From positions 178,597 to 242,596 of the IMG/VR virus record IMGVR_UViG_3300033153_015063: a stretch of DNA of 64,000 bases; one strand, 5' to 3'. The notes under the pieces are model-generated. The model had not been told where the DNA came from. It saw nothing but the letters and a program-made list of their open reading frames with translations, and made no database searches. The position numbers and the translations under genes are program-made. Positions 37,282 to 46,619 of this stretch are shown in pieces (within the stretch, counting starts at the first letter, position 1; every line of letters begins with the position of its first letter).

Positions 37282-39372
37282 TTGGTTGTTTTCAATTACG
37301 TGCCCAGACCCAATATCAAACACTTCATTGCGAAGGAAAACACTAACCTCAACGATTCATTTATTCCTTGGTCGGAGATTGCACCTTATTTTGTCTTCGA
37401 AAAACCACGTAAGATACAAGAAGTATTATTGCGGGTCATCATATCAGCAATAGAGAAAGGTAGGAAAGAAATCGTTCTATCAGCACCAACGGGGATAGGT
37501 AAGTCTGTAATTGCTGTCACAATTGCAAAGTGGATAGAGGCTCAGGGTAAAAAATCTCTCTTTCACATCCCCAGAAAAGCACTTGTAGACCAATACCAGG
37601 AAGTATTTCCTGAGTATCCACTCATCAAAGGCAACAACGAATACAGATGTATATTATCACACAATGAACTGAAGAAAGCTGGATTCGAGCCTGGTTACTA
37701 CACCAAGGATAAAGCACCTTGTTCAGTTACCAAGTATTTTTGTAAATACAAACCACGTCGAAGGGGAGAAAAAGATGGGTTGTTACCAGCACTCGCCACG
37801 TCGGCCAAGAGGGGTGAAATGGTGTGTGGCAATGACCCGTGCCCATTCTGGGAGGAGAAGATAAAGTGTCTCAACAGTAAAATCATCTTTGCATCTTCAA
37901 TGTTTGCTTACATGGAGAGACAGACCAGTGACGATTTTGGTGTCGTCGAATTTGGCGTCTATGATGAGGGTGACCACGTCGAGACCGATATAATGTCCGT
38001 TGAGACAGTGAAAATCACAGAAAAAGAACTCGAAGAGTTCATGGGCCATCCAATGCAGATTCCCAATAACATCAAGGATATAAAAGAATGGATACCGGTT
38101 GTAGAAAAACTTCGGGAGGGTGCTTTAGCCAGAGGTATTTATCTGAGTGGTAAGATAAAGGATATGGAAATTGGTACAAAGAATAAAGGGTTGATATTAA
38201 GAGAAAAAATGAGATTGAGATTCTCTGAGGAAAGATTAGAAAAGTATGATGATATTATCAGCTACATCAAAAAGTGGCCTGATACTATGGTGAGTGCCAT
38301 TGGTGAGGATGAGATTAAGGGTGAGAAGGTTGGGTATGTTGAGTTCAAACCAGCTTTTGTTCGTCAGTTTGCAGGTAAACATCTCCGAAGGAGTTCAACC
38401 AGGCTTTTTATGTCAGCGACCATCCTCCACCCGGTTCTGTTCGGCCATAACATCGGAATGTATGATTTCCTGTATATCGAGGTCCCAGAAAGCCCATTTC
38501 CTACCAAAAATAGGGGCATAGAACTCCATAATGTGGGACGGGTAAACAACAATACCATCCGGGAGTTAATGCCCAAAATAATGGCAGAAATCAAGCAAAT
38601 CGTGGCCGATAATCAGGGTAGGTCTGGACTCATCATCCCCGTATCTCACAGGATGAGGCTTGAAATCTACCGTGCATTGATGAAAGATATCTCGTTCAGT
38701 AAAATCCAGGAAAATGGGGTAGAGTGCCCATATTGTGGTCAGAGGTTGTGGCAGTTGTTCCCGCATGTAGAAGACATCCATAAAACAAACACTTATCAAT
38801 TTCTACGTGAGTTTGGAAGGGACATTGAATTGTTCTCACCGGCAGCGTCTATCATCACCAATGGTTCACATACACTGGAGCGTAAGAAAGCTATGGCCCT
38901 TTTCTCGCAGGGTTTAATCTGCCCGGAGTGTGGCGACTATGTTCACGGTGGCGGTTCCGTACTTCATTGCCGTAGATGTAGAATACATTACAAAAAGAGT
39001 ATGTTGAAACCGATGCCCAGGTTGTGGATAAGCACCTATCCTAAGGAGGGATTCGACGGTAAGGATGATGTTGTGAGATATATTATCATCCCGAAAATGT
39101 TCTATGCCTATCTTGGAGATCCGTTGGTTCAGAAACGTAAGGAAGTACAACCAACATCTTATCTTATCGACGCACTCCGTTCTCTCATCCAGGCATCGGG
39201 ACGTGGAACCAGACATGAGGATGACTATTGTAACACTCATGTTCTCGACAGTGGTATCAATACTCTGTTGGGTATGATTAGACGGTCTGAGGGTAAGCTC
39301 AGGAACGATTATCTACCCAATGCCAGTATTATACCCAGATGGTGGGAAAAGGCCATGACAAAGAAAAAATGA
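37282..39372 (+). CDS. XPD/DinG/Rad3-family SF2 helicase with Fe-S and zinc-ribbon insertions
   Basis: SAPTGIGKS, KGNNEYRC, YDEGDH, MSATI and QASGRGTR; the start may be GTG 37300 given the TATA at 37269. Confidence 0.85.
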   Translation: MVVFNYVPRPNIKHFIAKENTNLNDSFIPWSEIAPYFVFEKPRKIQEVLLRVIISAIEKGRKEIVLSAPTGIGKSVIAVTIAKWIEAQGKKSLFHIPRKALVDQYQEVFPEYPLIKGNNEYRCILSHNELKKAGFEPGYYTKDKAPCSVTKYFCKYKPRRRGEKDGLLPALATSAKRGEMVCGNDPCPFWEEKIKCLNSKIIFASSMFAYMERQTSDDFGVVEFGVYDEGDHVETDIMSVETVKITEKELEEFMGHPMQIPNNIKDIKEWIPVVEKLREGALARGIYLSGKIKDMEIGTKNKGLILREKMRLRFSEERLEKYDDIISYIKKWPDTMVSAIGEDEIKGEKVGYVEFKPAFVRQFAGKHLRRSSTRLFMSATILHPVLFGHNIGMYDFLYIEVPESPFPTKNRGIELHNVGRVNNNTIRELMPKIMAEIKQIVADNQGRSGLIIPVSHRMRLEIYRALMKDISFSKIQENGVECPYCGQRLWQLFPHVEDIHKTNTYQFLREFGRDIELFSPAASIITNGSHTLERKKAMALFSQGLICPECGDYVHGGGSVLHCRRCRIHYKKSMLKPMPRLWISTYPKEGFDGKDDVVRYIIIPKMFYAYLGDPLVQKRKEVQPTSYLIDALRSLIQASGRGTRHEDDYCNTHVLDSGINTLLGMIRRSEGKLRNDYLPNASIIPRWWEKAMTKKK

Positions 39373-39408
39373 AATTGGGCACAATTTGTATAATATCTTT
39401 AATTATCT

Positions 39409-39639
39409 TTAATGGCCAATTGTAGTAATTTCCTCATTGATCCGCTTGCATGATTTACACGTGGTGTCCATCCTTGTGCTGCACCATCCATCCAGCCACA
39501 TTTGAGTTATAAGCGTCTCACGATCACTTCTGTATTGAAGACCGCAAAGTGTTTTATTTCCAGTGAGTGGGACGACGTGAATTTTAGTTGTTGGTGACAT
39601 TACTCTGAAACCATCACTTGTCCTGGCCGGATATTTCAT
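39409..39639 (-). CDS. small Cys/His zinc-binding protein
   Basis: H...TLCG...CKSC pattern. Confidence 0.45.
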   Translation of the reverse strand: MKYPARTSDGFRVMSPTTKIHVVPLTGNKTLCGLQYRSDRETLITQMWLDGWCSTRMDTTCKSCKRINEEITTIGH

Positions 39640-39643
39640 AGTT

Positions 39644-39841
39644 TCAGATCACCTCAATTCCCATCTTTTTCAATTTAGATACAGCAATCCGTCTACACCT
39701 CTTACAGACAGAACCACATTCCAAGAACGGATGAATATAAGACAGCACTCTGCGGTTGTTATGTGTGGTTTGATTTAACCTATAAGATGTCAAAGAACCA
39801 AGATGAGCTTGACACCATAGATAGATGTGTACTGTTGACAT
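39644..39841 (-). CDS. small Cys/His zinc-binding protein
   Basis: H...C...CKRC pattern, similar in architecture to its neighbour. Confidence 0.4.
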   Translation of the reverse strand: MSTVHIYLWCQAHLGSLTSYRLNQTTHNNRRVLSYIHPFLECGSVCKRCRRIAVSKLKKMGIEVI

Positions 39842-39857
39842 CAGATCACCGATACTG

Positions 39858-40559
39858 TCATTTTGAAAGATAGGTTGCTGGGTCCCAACCGCAGAGTAAC
39901 GTCAGGTCCTGGTTCGAGGCGATCTTGTCGGCGAGGTGAACGATAAGGGGTATGATGGCGTGATTGGTGATGTCGGCCGGTGGCTTACCCCACTTCCCAT
40001 GATGAAGGAGGACCGCACGACACACCTGCTCGGGGAACTTCAGGTCCCAAAGAAAGTCTGCTATCATCTTGTTGTGGTCGTCGGCCAGTTTCCAGTCAGG
40101 ATTCCATATAGGTTTTTTGCCTTCTCCAAGATGTGGGTTGTTCTCCTTCGAACAACCTTTCAGGATGTCATGGAGAAGACAAGCTGCCATTACATGGTCG
40201 AACTCTTCCGAACCAGGCTCGATGTTGTAGGCATCCAGTAAGGTAAGGGCAACCGCACAGACCCGGTTGGTGTGGATGACCAGACCTTTGATGTCTCGCT
40301 CATCAAGTGGATGATGTTTAACCGACGAGGGGCTGACCCAGAACTGGCGTGGGGCCTTCCTGAAGGCATTGATAACCTTTGCGTGAAGCTCGGCGTTCTT
40401 GATGTAAAGTAGGAATCTGTCGAGCCCAGATGATCTGAGAATACCTTTCTCCCCATCTACCTGAAGCTCTCTTCCTTGGTCGTTTCCCAACGCTTGTTCG
40501 AGGTTTCTCTTCAGGACCACCAATTCTACCGGGAGAACTTTATGTTTCTCGGTCTGCAT
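39858..40559 (-). CDS. HD-domain phosphohydrolase (YhaM/Cbf1-like)
   Basis: KHH...GLVIHT, CLLHDILK, HHGKW and HLADKIAS. Confidence 0.8.
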   Translation of the reverse strand: MQTEKHKVLPVELVVLKRNLEQALGNDQGRELQVDGEKGILRSSGLDRFLLYIKNAELHAKVINAFRKAPRQFWVSPSSVKHHPLDERDIKGLVIHTNRVCAVALTLLDAYNIEPGSEEFDHVMAACLLHDILKGCSKENNPHLGEGKKPIWNPDWKLADDHNKMIADFLWDLKFPEQVCRAVLLHHGKWGKPPADITNHAIIPLIVHLADKIASNQDLTLLCGWDPATYLSK

Positions 40560-40642
40560 GGTTGTGATTTGAGAAACTATGTTTAAAAAGATTTAGTTAA
40601 CGTATCACTCCCGGGCTTTTACCAGAAGCCCCGAGGCGAATC

Positions 40643-40825
40643 CTATAAATGTTTTAAATTCTTTAAATATCCTCTATTTTGATAATCACTCAAATGATAT
40701 ATCAATTCATCTTTTGAGTACATGGTAGCTGGAAAAGGGATATTATGAGTTATTTTCAACCTCTTCCCCAGCTTAACCAACTCTGCTTTTGTCATTCTCT
40801 CCAAATTATATTCCATATTGTTCAC
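40643..40825 (-). CDS. small helix-extension-helix (Rho-N/LEM-like) protein
   Basis: LERMTKAELVKLGKRLKI...SKDELI. Confidence 0.4.
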   Translation of the reverse strand: MNNMEYNLERMTKAELVKLGKRLKITHNIPFPATMYSKDELIYHLSDYQNRGYLKNLKHL

Positions 40826-41094
40826 TCCCTGGCTTCATCTTTGCTATCCATGATTACGTGTTGACCACAGGTCCCACAGTGCCCATCAGCACCACAGTCG
40901 TTGACGGTACCCAGCATGAACCTACAGGGATTACCACACTCCTGACCACAGGTAGGGCAGATCCCGGTGAGTTGGAAATCCTGTTTGGCATTCCACTCTA
41001 CGTCGATGATAAAATCATCATGGTCCATCTGTTGATGTCGGGCATCGTCGGATCGCCATGTATGGTCGTATTCAGAAGTTTGAGTTGCCATCAT
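40822..41094 (-). CDS. small zinc-binding hypothetical protein under promoter cassette E
   Basis: CPTCG and CGTCG; GGTGA RBS. Confidence 0.6.
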   Translation of the reverse strand: MMATQTSEYDHTWRSDDARHQQMDHDDFIIDVEWNAKQDFQLTGICPTCGQECGNPCRFMLGTVNDCGADGHCGTCGQHVIMDSKDEARE

Positions 41095-41125
41095 ACATCA
41101 CCTGTTGCCTCTTACTAACAATCAG

Positions 41126-41167
41126 CCTTTATATACTTTCAGGGAAATCAACCGTAAAAAGCGTAAA
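41126..41167 (-). promoter_or_regulatory. conserved promoter cassette, copy E
   Basis: Plus-strand CCTTTATATACTTTCAGGGAAATCAACCGTAAAAAGCGTAAA. Confidence 0.8.
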
Positions 41168-41174
41168 AGAACAA

Positions 41175-41702
41175 TTATTTCCTGGATGTACTTCTACGAC
41201 TGCCCCCTTCCCCCATCGCCTTCTGAGATTTCCGACGGAGTTCTTGAAGTGTGAGGTTACCCCAACGAAGCTCAGCCTCTTTGACACCATCATCTGTGAT
41301 ATAACCGTAGATGACACTAAAATAATAAGGACTACCAGCCTCTCTAAAACGTTCACCCTTCTGTCTGGTCAGGCCCCTCTTGTTGAGGCTATGTATGATA
41401 CGGAGATCAACGTTCGACAACCCAGGAGATTCCAATCCAGTTTCGTGTGTTCTTCCTCGTCCACCAGTTGTTTTATCCTCGGTCACCAGACGATAGTGGG
41501 CATAGAGACGGAGGAGATACTCCTCCTGACTGACGCTGAGCTCAACCTGGCCCTTTCTCTTCATCCTCTCCAGGAACTCCTCCTCACTCAGCTCAGGTGC
41601 ATTGCCGACCGGCCCCTTGTACACGGTCTTTCCTTCCTCGTAATCGTAGCGATAGCGGTTGCCTGAACCTGGAGGAATCTCTACAGTGGTCGGATGTTGT
41701 GA
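41175..41702 (-). CDS. shared-leader family member 6, lacking a canonical start codon (wHTH-like payload)
   Basis: The frame is open from the TAA of member 7: SQHPTTVEIPPGSGNRYRYDYEEGKTVYKGPVGNAPELSEEEFLERM, with CCG where other copies have ATG. Confidence 0.75.
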   Translation of the reverse strand, partial: SQHPTTVEIPPGSGNRYRYDYEEGKTVYKGPVGNAPELSEEEFLERMKRKGQVELSVSQEEYLLRLYAHYRLVTEDKTTGGRGRTHETGLESPGLSNVDLRIIHSLNKRGLTRQKGERFREAGSPYYFSVIYGYITDDGVKEAELRWGNLTLQELRRKSQKAMGEGGSRRSTSRK

Positions 41703-42440
41703 TTAGGTTATGATCCTTATCCATACGTCGTTCTTTCCAGCATATCCGATAAATTTGTATTCATTTGATTGTGCCCGATTCCTGACTGCCCTCAAACCAG
41801 TGTCGTAGAATGGTATAATATTCAATATCTCTTCTTGGCTCATATTTTCCTGGGCCCACGCCTTTGGATTATTCGATATTTCTTCTTTGAAGTCATTAAA
41901 TGCAGATGTTTGCCAACTCCACCCTATCGCTGCTTCATAGTCATCCTCATCCCATCCATCTTCCCAATCGTCAGGTGGAAAATACTCGTCTGGGTTGAAA
42001 TGTTCTTCACGTAGGTAATCCTGACCTTGCCAACCCAGAAAATCGTGCCACTTCACGTGGTCCATGAGTACCGGGAGATATCTATCTGGAACGTCTTTAA
42101 CGCTATTAAATCTATTTGAAAGGTCAATATCTACACCTTCTTTGTTGATGAAGAACTCATACTTTTCATTCCCTTTCTTGATAACACCACCACACGTTCT
42201 GGTAATGTCAACCTCCAGATCCTTTCTATCGACGCCCCAGTGACTTGCCAGTAAGTCAATCTCTGGTATGAACTCATCGTCCCAATCGCCCACACCACCA
42301 ACCATCATCTCCAGGAACTCCTCCTCTCCCAGCTCAGGTGCTTCTCCCACAGGCCCCTTGTAGATTGTAGCCTTGGTCTCAGCATCATAGACGTATTTGT
42401 ACCTGTTGCCGGACCCTGGGGGGATTTCGACGACGGTCAT
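41703..42440 (-). CDS. shared-leader family member 7 (acidic payload)
   Basis: MTVVEIPPGSGNRYKYVY...YKGPVGEAPELGEEEFLEMM. Confidence 0.85.
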   Translation of the reverse strand: MTVVEIPPGSGNRYKYVYDAETKATIYKGPVGEAPELGEEEFLEMMVGGVGDWDDEFIPEIDLLASHWGVDRKDLEVDITRTCGGVIKKGNEKYEFFINKEGVDIDLSNRFNSVKDVPDRYLPVLMDHVKWHDFLGWQGQDYLREEHFNPDEYFPPDDWEDGWDEDDYEAAIGWSWQTSAFNDFKEEISNNPKAWAQENMSQEEILNIIPFYDTGLRAVRNRAQSNEYKFIGYAGKNDVWIRIIT

Positions 42441-42485
42441 TGGAGAGTGATAGGGCCGGAGAGTATAAAAAGATTGGTAGTTACT

Positions 42486-42821
42486 TCATCGTTCGTTCCA
42501 GGACTCCGATCCACTTTTTCGTTGAAAGGCCTGGATGGTTGTCCATTTTGCCTGGGAAAACCACTTATCGGGAGTGTTCTTGAGGACGACGTCAAGGACC
42601 TTTCCGATAGCCTGGTTCTCAAACTCACGGTCATCTTTGATTTTGCTGTCGCCTTTCAAGTCCAGATCCATTTCATGTTCCATCTTGTAGAACACCCATG
42701 CGAGCTCCTCCAGAATGATGGCAAGGTCAGGGAATCTCTTTTTTATCTCTTTATCTTCACCCATCGCTTCTAGACCGTCTCGGATGCGAGCACCACAGTA
42801 ATCCCAATGCCCACCACTCAT
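42486..42821 (-). CDS. hypothetical protein
   Basis: MSGGHWDY start; own TATA upstream. Confidence 0.55.
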   Translation of the reverse strand: MSGGHWDYCGARIRDGLEAMGEDKEIKKRFPDLAIILEELAWVFYKMEHEMDLDLKGDSKIKDDREFENQAIGKVLDVVLKNTPDKWFSQAKWTTIQAFQRKSGSESWNER

Positions 42822-42910
42822 GTTATCACGTCCACTTTATGAGTAGTCATGTTTAGGGAAAGAAGTGGTGAGTATAAAAAGATGATGAGAGACCACTTGT
42901 TTTGTTACCT

Positions 42911-43168
42911 TCAGGAGCTGATGGGAACAGGGAAGACCAGCTCTCGCAGGTTCCATTCGCAGATGTGATAGCTCCCGTAGCGACTTCCGACCCGGCGGAC
43001 ATACCCCACCTTCACTATGTCTCGGTCCTTGGCCAGGATGTTCCCCAGTTGCTGTGTGGTCGTCCCGTGCCTGGATGTCGTGTTGATGTGTTCGAGGATC
43101 TCTGCTGTGCTCTTGGGACCGTTCTTCAGATACTCCTTGACCTTCTGTCTCAGTCGTGTTGTTTTCAT
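42911..43168 (-). CDS. DUF3860-like small winged-helix DNA-binding protein
   Basis: Start moved to ATG 43168 after GGAGG: MKTTRLRQKVKEYL...ILEHINTTSRHGTTTQQLGNILAKDRDIVKVGY...ICEW, closely matching a Thermoplasmata family as I recall it. Confidence 0.7.
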   Translation of the reverse strand: MKTTRLRQKVKEYLKNGPKSTAEILEHINTTSRHGTTTQQLGNILAKDRDIVKVGYVRRVGSRYGSYHICEWNLRELVFPVPISS

Positions 43169-43287
43169 GTTGTTTCCTCCATGTAGATTGGTGAACGGCC
43201 TTACGGCCGGATACCTCGGAATTGGTGGGGCAGGCGAGATTAGACCGCCTTTCAATCTTCTGACATCAGTCATCACGAAGAACCCCT

Positions 43288-46044
43288 TTATGAACAACCG
43301 GTGTTCTGTCCGCATTTACCACAGACCCGGCAGCCACCTGATGGAAAGGTCATACCACCACATCTGTCACATACCCCCAATGAGGCCGAGAGATTGAGTT
43401 TCTTTCCAGCATCACCCCGTTCTCGCCGATGCCCACCGTTGAAGTGGATATTGGTCATGGCGTTGACCTGTTTGTGTAGGTTATCTCTCTCAGTCTCCCA
43501 GTCTCCTCGTGGTTTGATACCAAGTTCCTCCCAATCTGCAGGGTCCAGGAACATGATGGCTAACCATTTAACCATGAAATCAACCACAGAATCGCAGAAT
43601 GGGATGATGGGATTCCCAGTTGGACCAGATGGGTCGAACTTCTGATAGATGAATTTTTTCACCACGAACTTCAGTGGCACTCCGTATTGGAGAAGATACG
43701 AGATGGCCATCCCGAAGTTTCGCATCATCCCCATGGCCATACCACCCTCTTTACCGATACACATGAATATCTCTCCAACCCTCCCGTCTTCATAGAATCC
43801 CACATGCATATAACCAGAGTCGGAAGGTCCTATTGCCACCTTCTCTCTGACACATGGAACCAGATGTGGTAATTGTTCACGTTTTGAAGTTTCACGATAT
43901 TTGCTGGTTGAAAGTGGCTGGGAACCTTTGGAGCCATCACGGTAGACGGCAACCGACTTGACACCCCTCTGCCATGCCTCAATGAATATCTGTTCGATGT
44001 CCTCTGGAGTCGAACTCTCAGGCATATTGATAGTTTTCGAGATCCCACCGCTGATGAACGGCTGGACAGCCTCCAACATCTTTATGTGGCCCATCGGAGA
44101 AAGGCATCTTGTTTTTCCTGCTGCTTTGAACGAGCAGTCAAATACATCCAGATGCTTGGTATTGATTTCCTTGCATCCCTCGACACTCCCATTTTCATCT
44201 ATATAAGAGAGAATCTGGGCAATATCATCTGTTTCATATCCAAGTGTTTCAAGGGTATATCCAAGGAATTTTGTTCTCATTGTTAGTTGTCCTTCCCCAA
44301 CCAACTTCTTATAATAGACAAGAGCCATCATCGGTTCGATGCCAGTACTGTCACAGTCCATAATGAACGAGATGGTCCCGGTCGGTGCCATCAGTGTTGC
44401 CTGGGAATTACGATAGCCGTTTATCTGACCCATCTCATAAGATTCACTCCAGAGCTTGTGTGCTATACGATGGAGTTTAAGCGAAATATCGCTACCTGAA
44501 ATCCTTTTTTCATCCATCTCTTTATGCATCTTGATAACATTTAACATATATTCCTTGTTCTCGCTCCACCCTTCGAATGGGCCTACTACGGAAGCTATCT
44601 CTGATGAGATTTTGTATGCCTGGGCTGTCATAATCGACGCCAGGGACCCGGCCATAGCCCTACCATCATCGCTGTCATAAGGTAAGCCCAGGGACATCAA
44701 TAATGCACCAAGATTGGCGTATCCCATGCCGAGGTTCCGATATCTGTGGGCGTTCTCGGTGATACGGGGGTCGGGGTATGATGAGTTCGAGACCAGTATC
44801 TCCTGGGCCAGAATCATTATTTTGATAACGTGGAGATAGGATTCAATGTCGATGCTGCCATTATCTGTACGATACTTCATCAGGTTGAGACTGGCGAGAT
44901 TACACGCTGACCAGTCGATAAAAATCACTTCGCTGCAAGGATTCGTAGCTGTGATGGGCCCGGCGTCTGGGCAGGTGTGCCAGCGATTCATATGGTCATT
45001 GAATTGCACACCAGGGTCACCACATCGCCATGCCATATTGGCCATCTTTTTCAACATCTCTCTGGCGGGGAACTTCATGGCATCCTCTCCAGAGACACGA
45101 TAGGTGGTTTTCCACTCTCGGTTCTCAATAGCAGCCAACATGAAGCTGTCAGTCACCGAGACCGAGTTGTTCCCGTTCTGGAAATGAGTGTTATCGTAGG
45201 CGGAATGTGGATGATTGAAACTGAGGGGGCGGCCTGTTGTCTTATGAATGGCCCAGGCAATATCTTCCTGTTCAGCCTTGATACCGATAAAATCATTGTA
45301 GGTATCTGGCCCATGATAGACGTCTGGATGGTCATCATTCATCACAACCATCTTTGCAGCCCGTCGTGTAGAACCACCTGACTTGATACTTCCGGCATTG
45401 GCATCGTGAGATTTCATAAACTGGATGGGGCCTGATGACGTTCCACCTCTTGATAACGGTTCCCCAAAAGCTCTGAGTTTACTCAGGTTGAAGCCTGACC
45501 CCGATCCCATCTGGAAGATGCGGCCCTCGATTTTACTGATATCGGTGATACTCTCCATTTTATCCTTACAGCCAAGGATAAAACATGCTGCCGTCTGAGG
45601 ATCGACAACCGAACCAAGGTTGAACCACACCGGGCTGTTCGGAGCTGCATACTGATGGAGAAGGATATACATCAGTTCATCTGCGAAGACGTCAGCTCTT
45701 TTGTGAGTCTCATCGTGTAAGCTATCGAACCCGAAGTATCCACCCTTGATACCCCATTTCTTCATCGTCAGAACAATGCGTTGAATGACATCCCAGAGTG
45801 AGGCTTCTTTGACACCATTGTGCATCTTGAAATATTTGTCAGCGAACATAGTCCGAGCTCTTTCACTCCATGTATCAGGGAACTCAACACCATCCTGTTT
45901 GTAAACTACACTACCATCATGTTCCGATTGAATCTTGACGTTGTAGCGTCCCCATTTCACAGTGCTGTAGACATCCCTTCCATCAGTAAAGAACCTCGGT
46001 ATCTCGATTGTATTGGTGTTAACAATCTCCTCTGTTACAGACAT
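43288..46044 (-). CDS. nrdJ: class II (adenosylcobalamin-dependent) ribonucleotide reductase
   Basis: PNSPVWFN, AACFI, GGSTRRAAKM, TNPCSE, CNLASLNL, MAPTGTIS, ISKTINMP, YRDGSK and a C-terminal zinc ribbon. Confidence 0.95.
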   Translation of the reverse strand: MSVTEEIVNTNTIEIPRFFTDGRDVYSTVKWGRYNVKIQSEHDGSVVYKQDGVEFPDTWSERARTMFADKYFKMHNGVKEASLWDVIQRIVLTMKKWGIKGGYFGFDSLHDETHKRADVFADELMYILLHQYAAPNSPVWFNLGSVVDPQTAACFILGCKDKMESITDISKIEGRIFQMGSGSGFNLSKLRAFGEPLSRGGTSSGPIQFMKSHDANAGSIKSGGSTRRAAKMVVMNDDHPDVYHGPDTYNDFIGIKAEQEDIAWAIHKTTGRPLSFNHPHSAYDNTHFQNGNNSVSVTDSFMLAAIENREWKTTYRVSGEDAMKFPAREMLKKMANMAWRCGDPGVQFNDHMNRWHTCPDAGPITATNPCSEVIFIDWSACNLASLNLMKYRTDNGSIDIESYLHVIKIMILAQEILVSNSSYPDPRITENAHRYRNLGMGYANLGALLMSLGLPYDSDDGRAMAGSLASIMTAQAYKISSEIASVVGPFEGWSENKEYMLNVIKMHKEMDEKRISGSDISLKLHRIAHKLWSESYEMGQINGYRNSQATLMAPTGTISFIMDCDSTGIEPMMALVYYKKLVGEGQLTMRTKFLGYTLETLGYETDDIAQILSYIDENGSVEGCKEINTKHLDVFDCSFKAAGKTRCLSPMGHIKMLEAVQPFISGGISKTINMPESSTPEDIEQIFIEAWQRGVKSVAVYRDGSKGSQPLSTSKYRETSKREQLPHLVPCVREKVAIGPSDSGYMHVGFYEDGRVGEIFMCIGKEGGMAMGMMRNFGMAISYLLQYGVPLKFVVKKFIYQKFDPSGPTGNPIIPFCDSVVDFMVKWLAIMFLDPADWEELGIKPRGDWETERDNLHKQVNAMTNIHFNGGHRRERGDAGKKLNLSASLGVCDRCGGMTFPSGGCRVCGKCGQNTGCS

Positions 46045-46201
46045 GGTATTACTCCCAGATAGGTAAGTATAAGGACCGGCAGTCCGAGTTTTTAAAGTTT
46101 CAATCTATACAAGTACAAGGATAAAAGAGTGATTGTATTTGGGTTTTAAGTACTCCGGGCACAAACGTATTGGAGTGGTGTTATCAGTTGTAGGAGGGGC
46201 C

Positions 46202-46576
46202 CTATCTACCCCTCAACTCTTTCGTCTTCCTGGCCAACGCCAACGAACCTCCCAACGTTTTAATAGCCTCACGTGGGGCGTGTTCAGGTAGCATAAGTCT
46301 ACCCTCATAAACAATCGCCACATCTGAACCATTGTAGTAGATTAATCTGGGGCAGTTTTGTTTACACTGGCATCGTGTGGCTTTTGCCACCCCTTTCTCA
46401 TCTCGACGGTCTTCCATCAACAGAAGAGTAGGTGGTTCTTGATCCATAGCCGCCATGAACTCCTCCTCCGTCAACTGAGGGCTATCCCCGACCGGCCCCT
46501 TGTAGACCGTAGATCCACCTTCGTACTCGTACCTGTATTTATTCCCTGAACCCTCAGGTATCTCTACGGTGGTCAT
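46202..46576 (-). CDS. shared-leader family member 8
   Basis: MTTVEIPEGSGNKYRYEYEGGSTVYKGPVGDSPQLTEEEFM. Confidence 0.85.
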   Translation of the reverse strand: MTTVEIPEGSGNKYRYEYEGGSTVYKGPVGDSPQLTEEEFMAAMDQEPPTLLLMEDRRDEKGVAKATRCQCKQNCPRLIYYNGSDVAIVYEGRLMLPEHAPREAIKTLGGSLALARKTKELRGR

Positions 46577-46619
46577 TGGAGAGTGATAGGGCCGGAGAGT
46601 ATAAAAAGATGGTGATTAG

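Noticed and set aside
40610-40633. GGGCTT/AAGCCC hairpin as a tRNA fragment or terminator
   Set aside because: Only a 6-bp stem, no tRNA arms and no clear U-tract; insufficient support.
42818-42850. 10-codon ORF MTTHKVDVIT behind a leader-class TATA box
   Set aside because: It begins MTT like the leader but has no further similarity; too short to call a remnant.
13510-46044. Inteins or self-splicing introns in PolB, the thymidylate synthase homologue or the RNR
   Set aside because: No C/S...HN intein ends or homing-endonuclease motifs seen; the inserts in the thymidylate synthase homologue are short loops.
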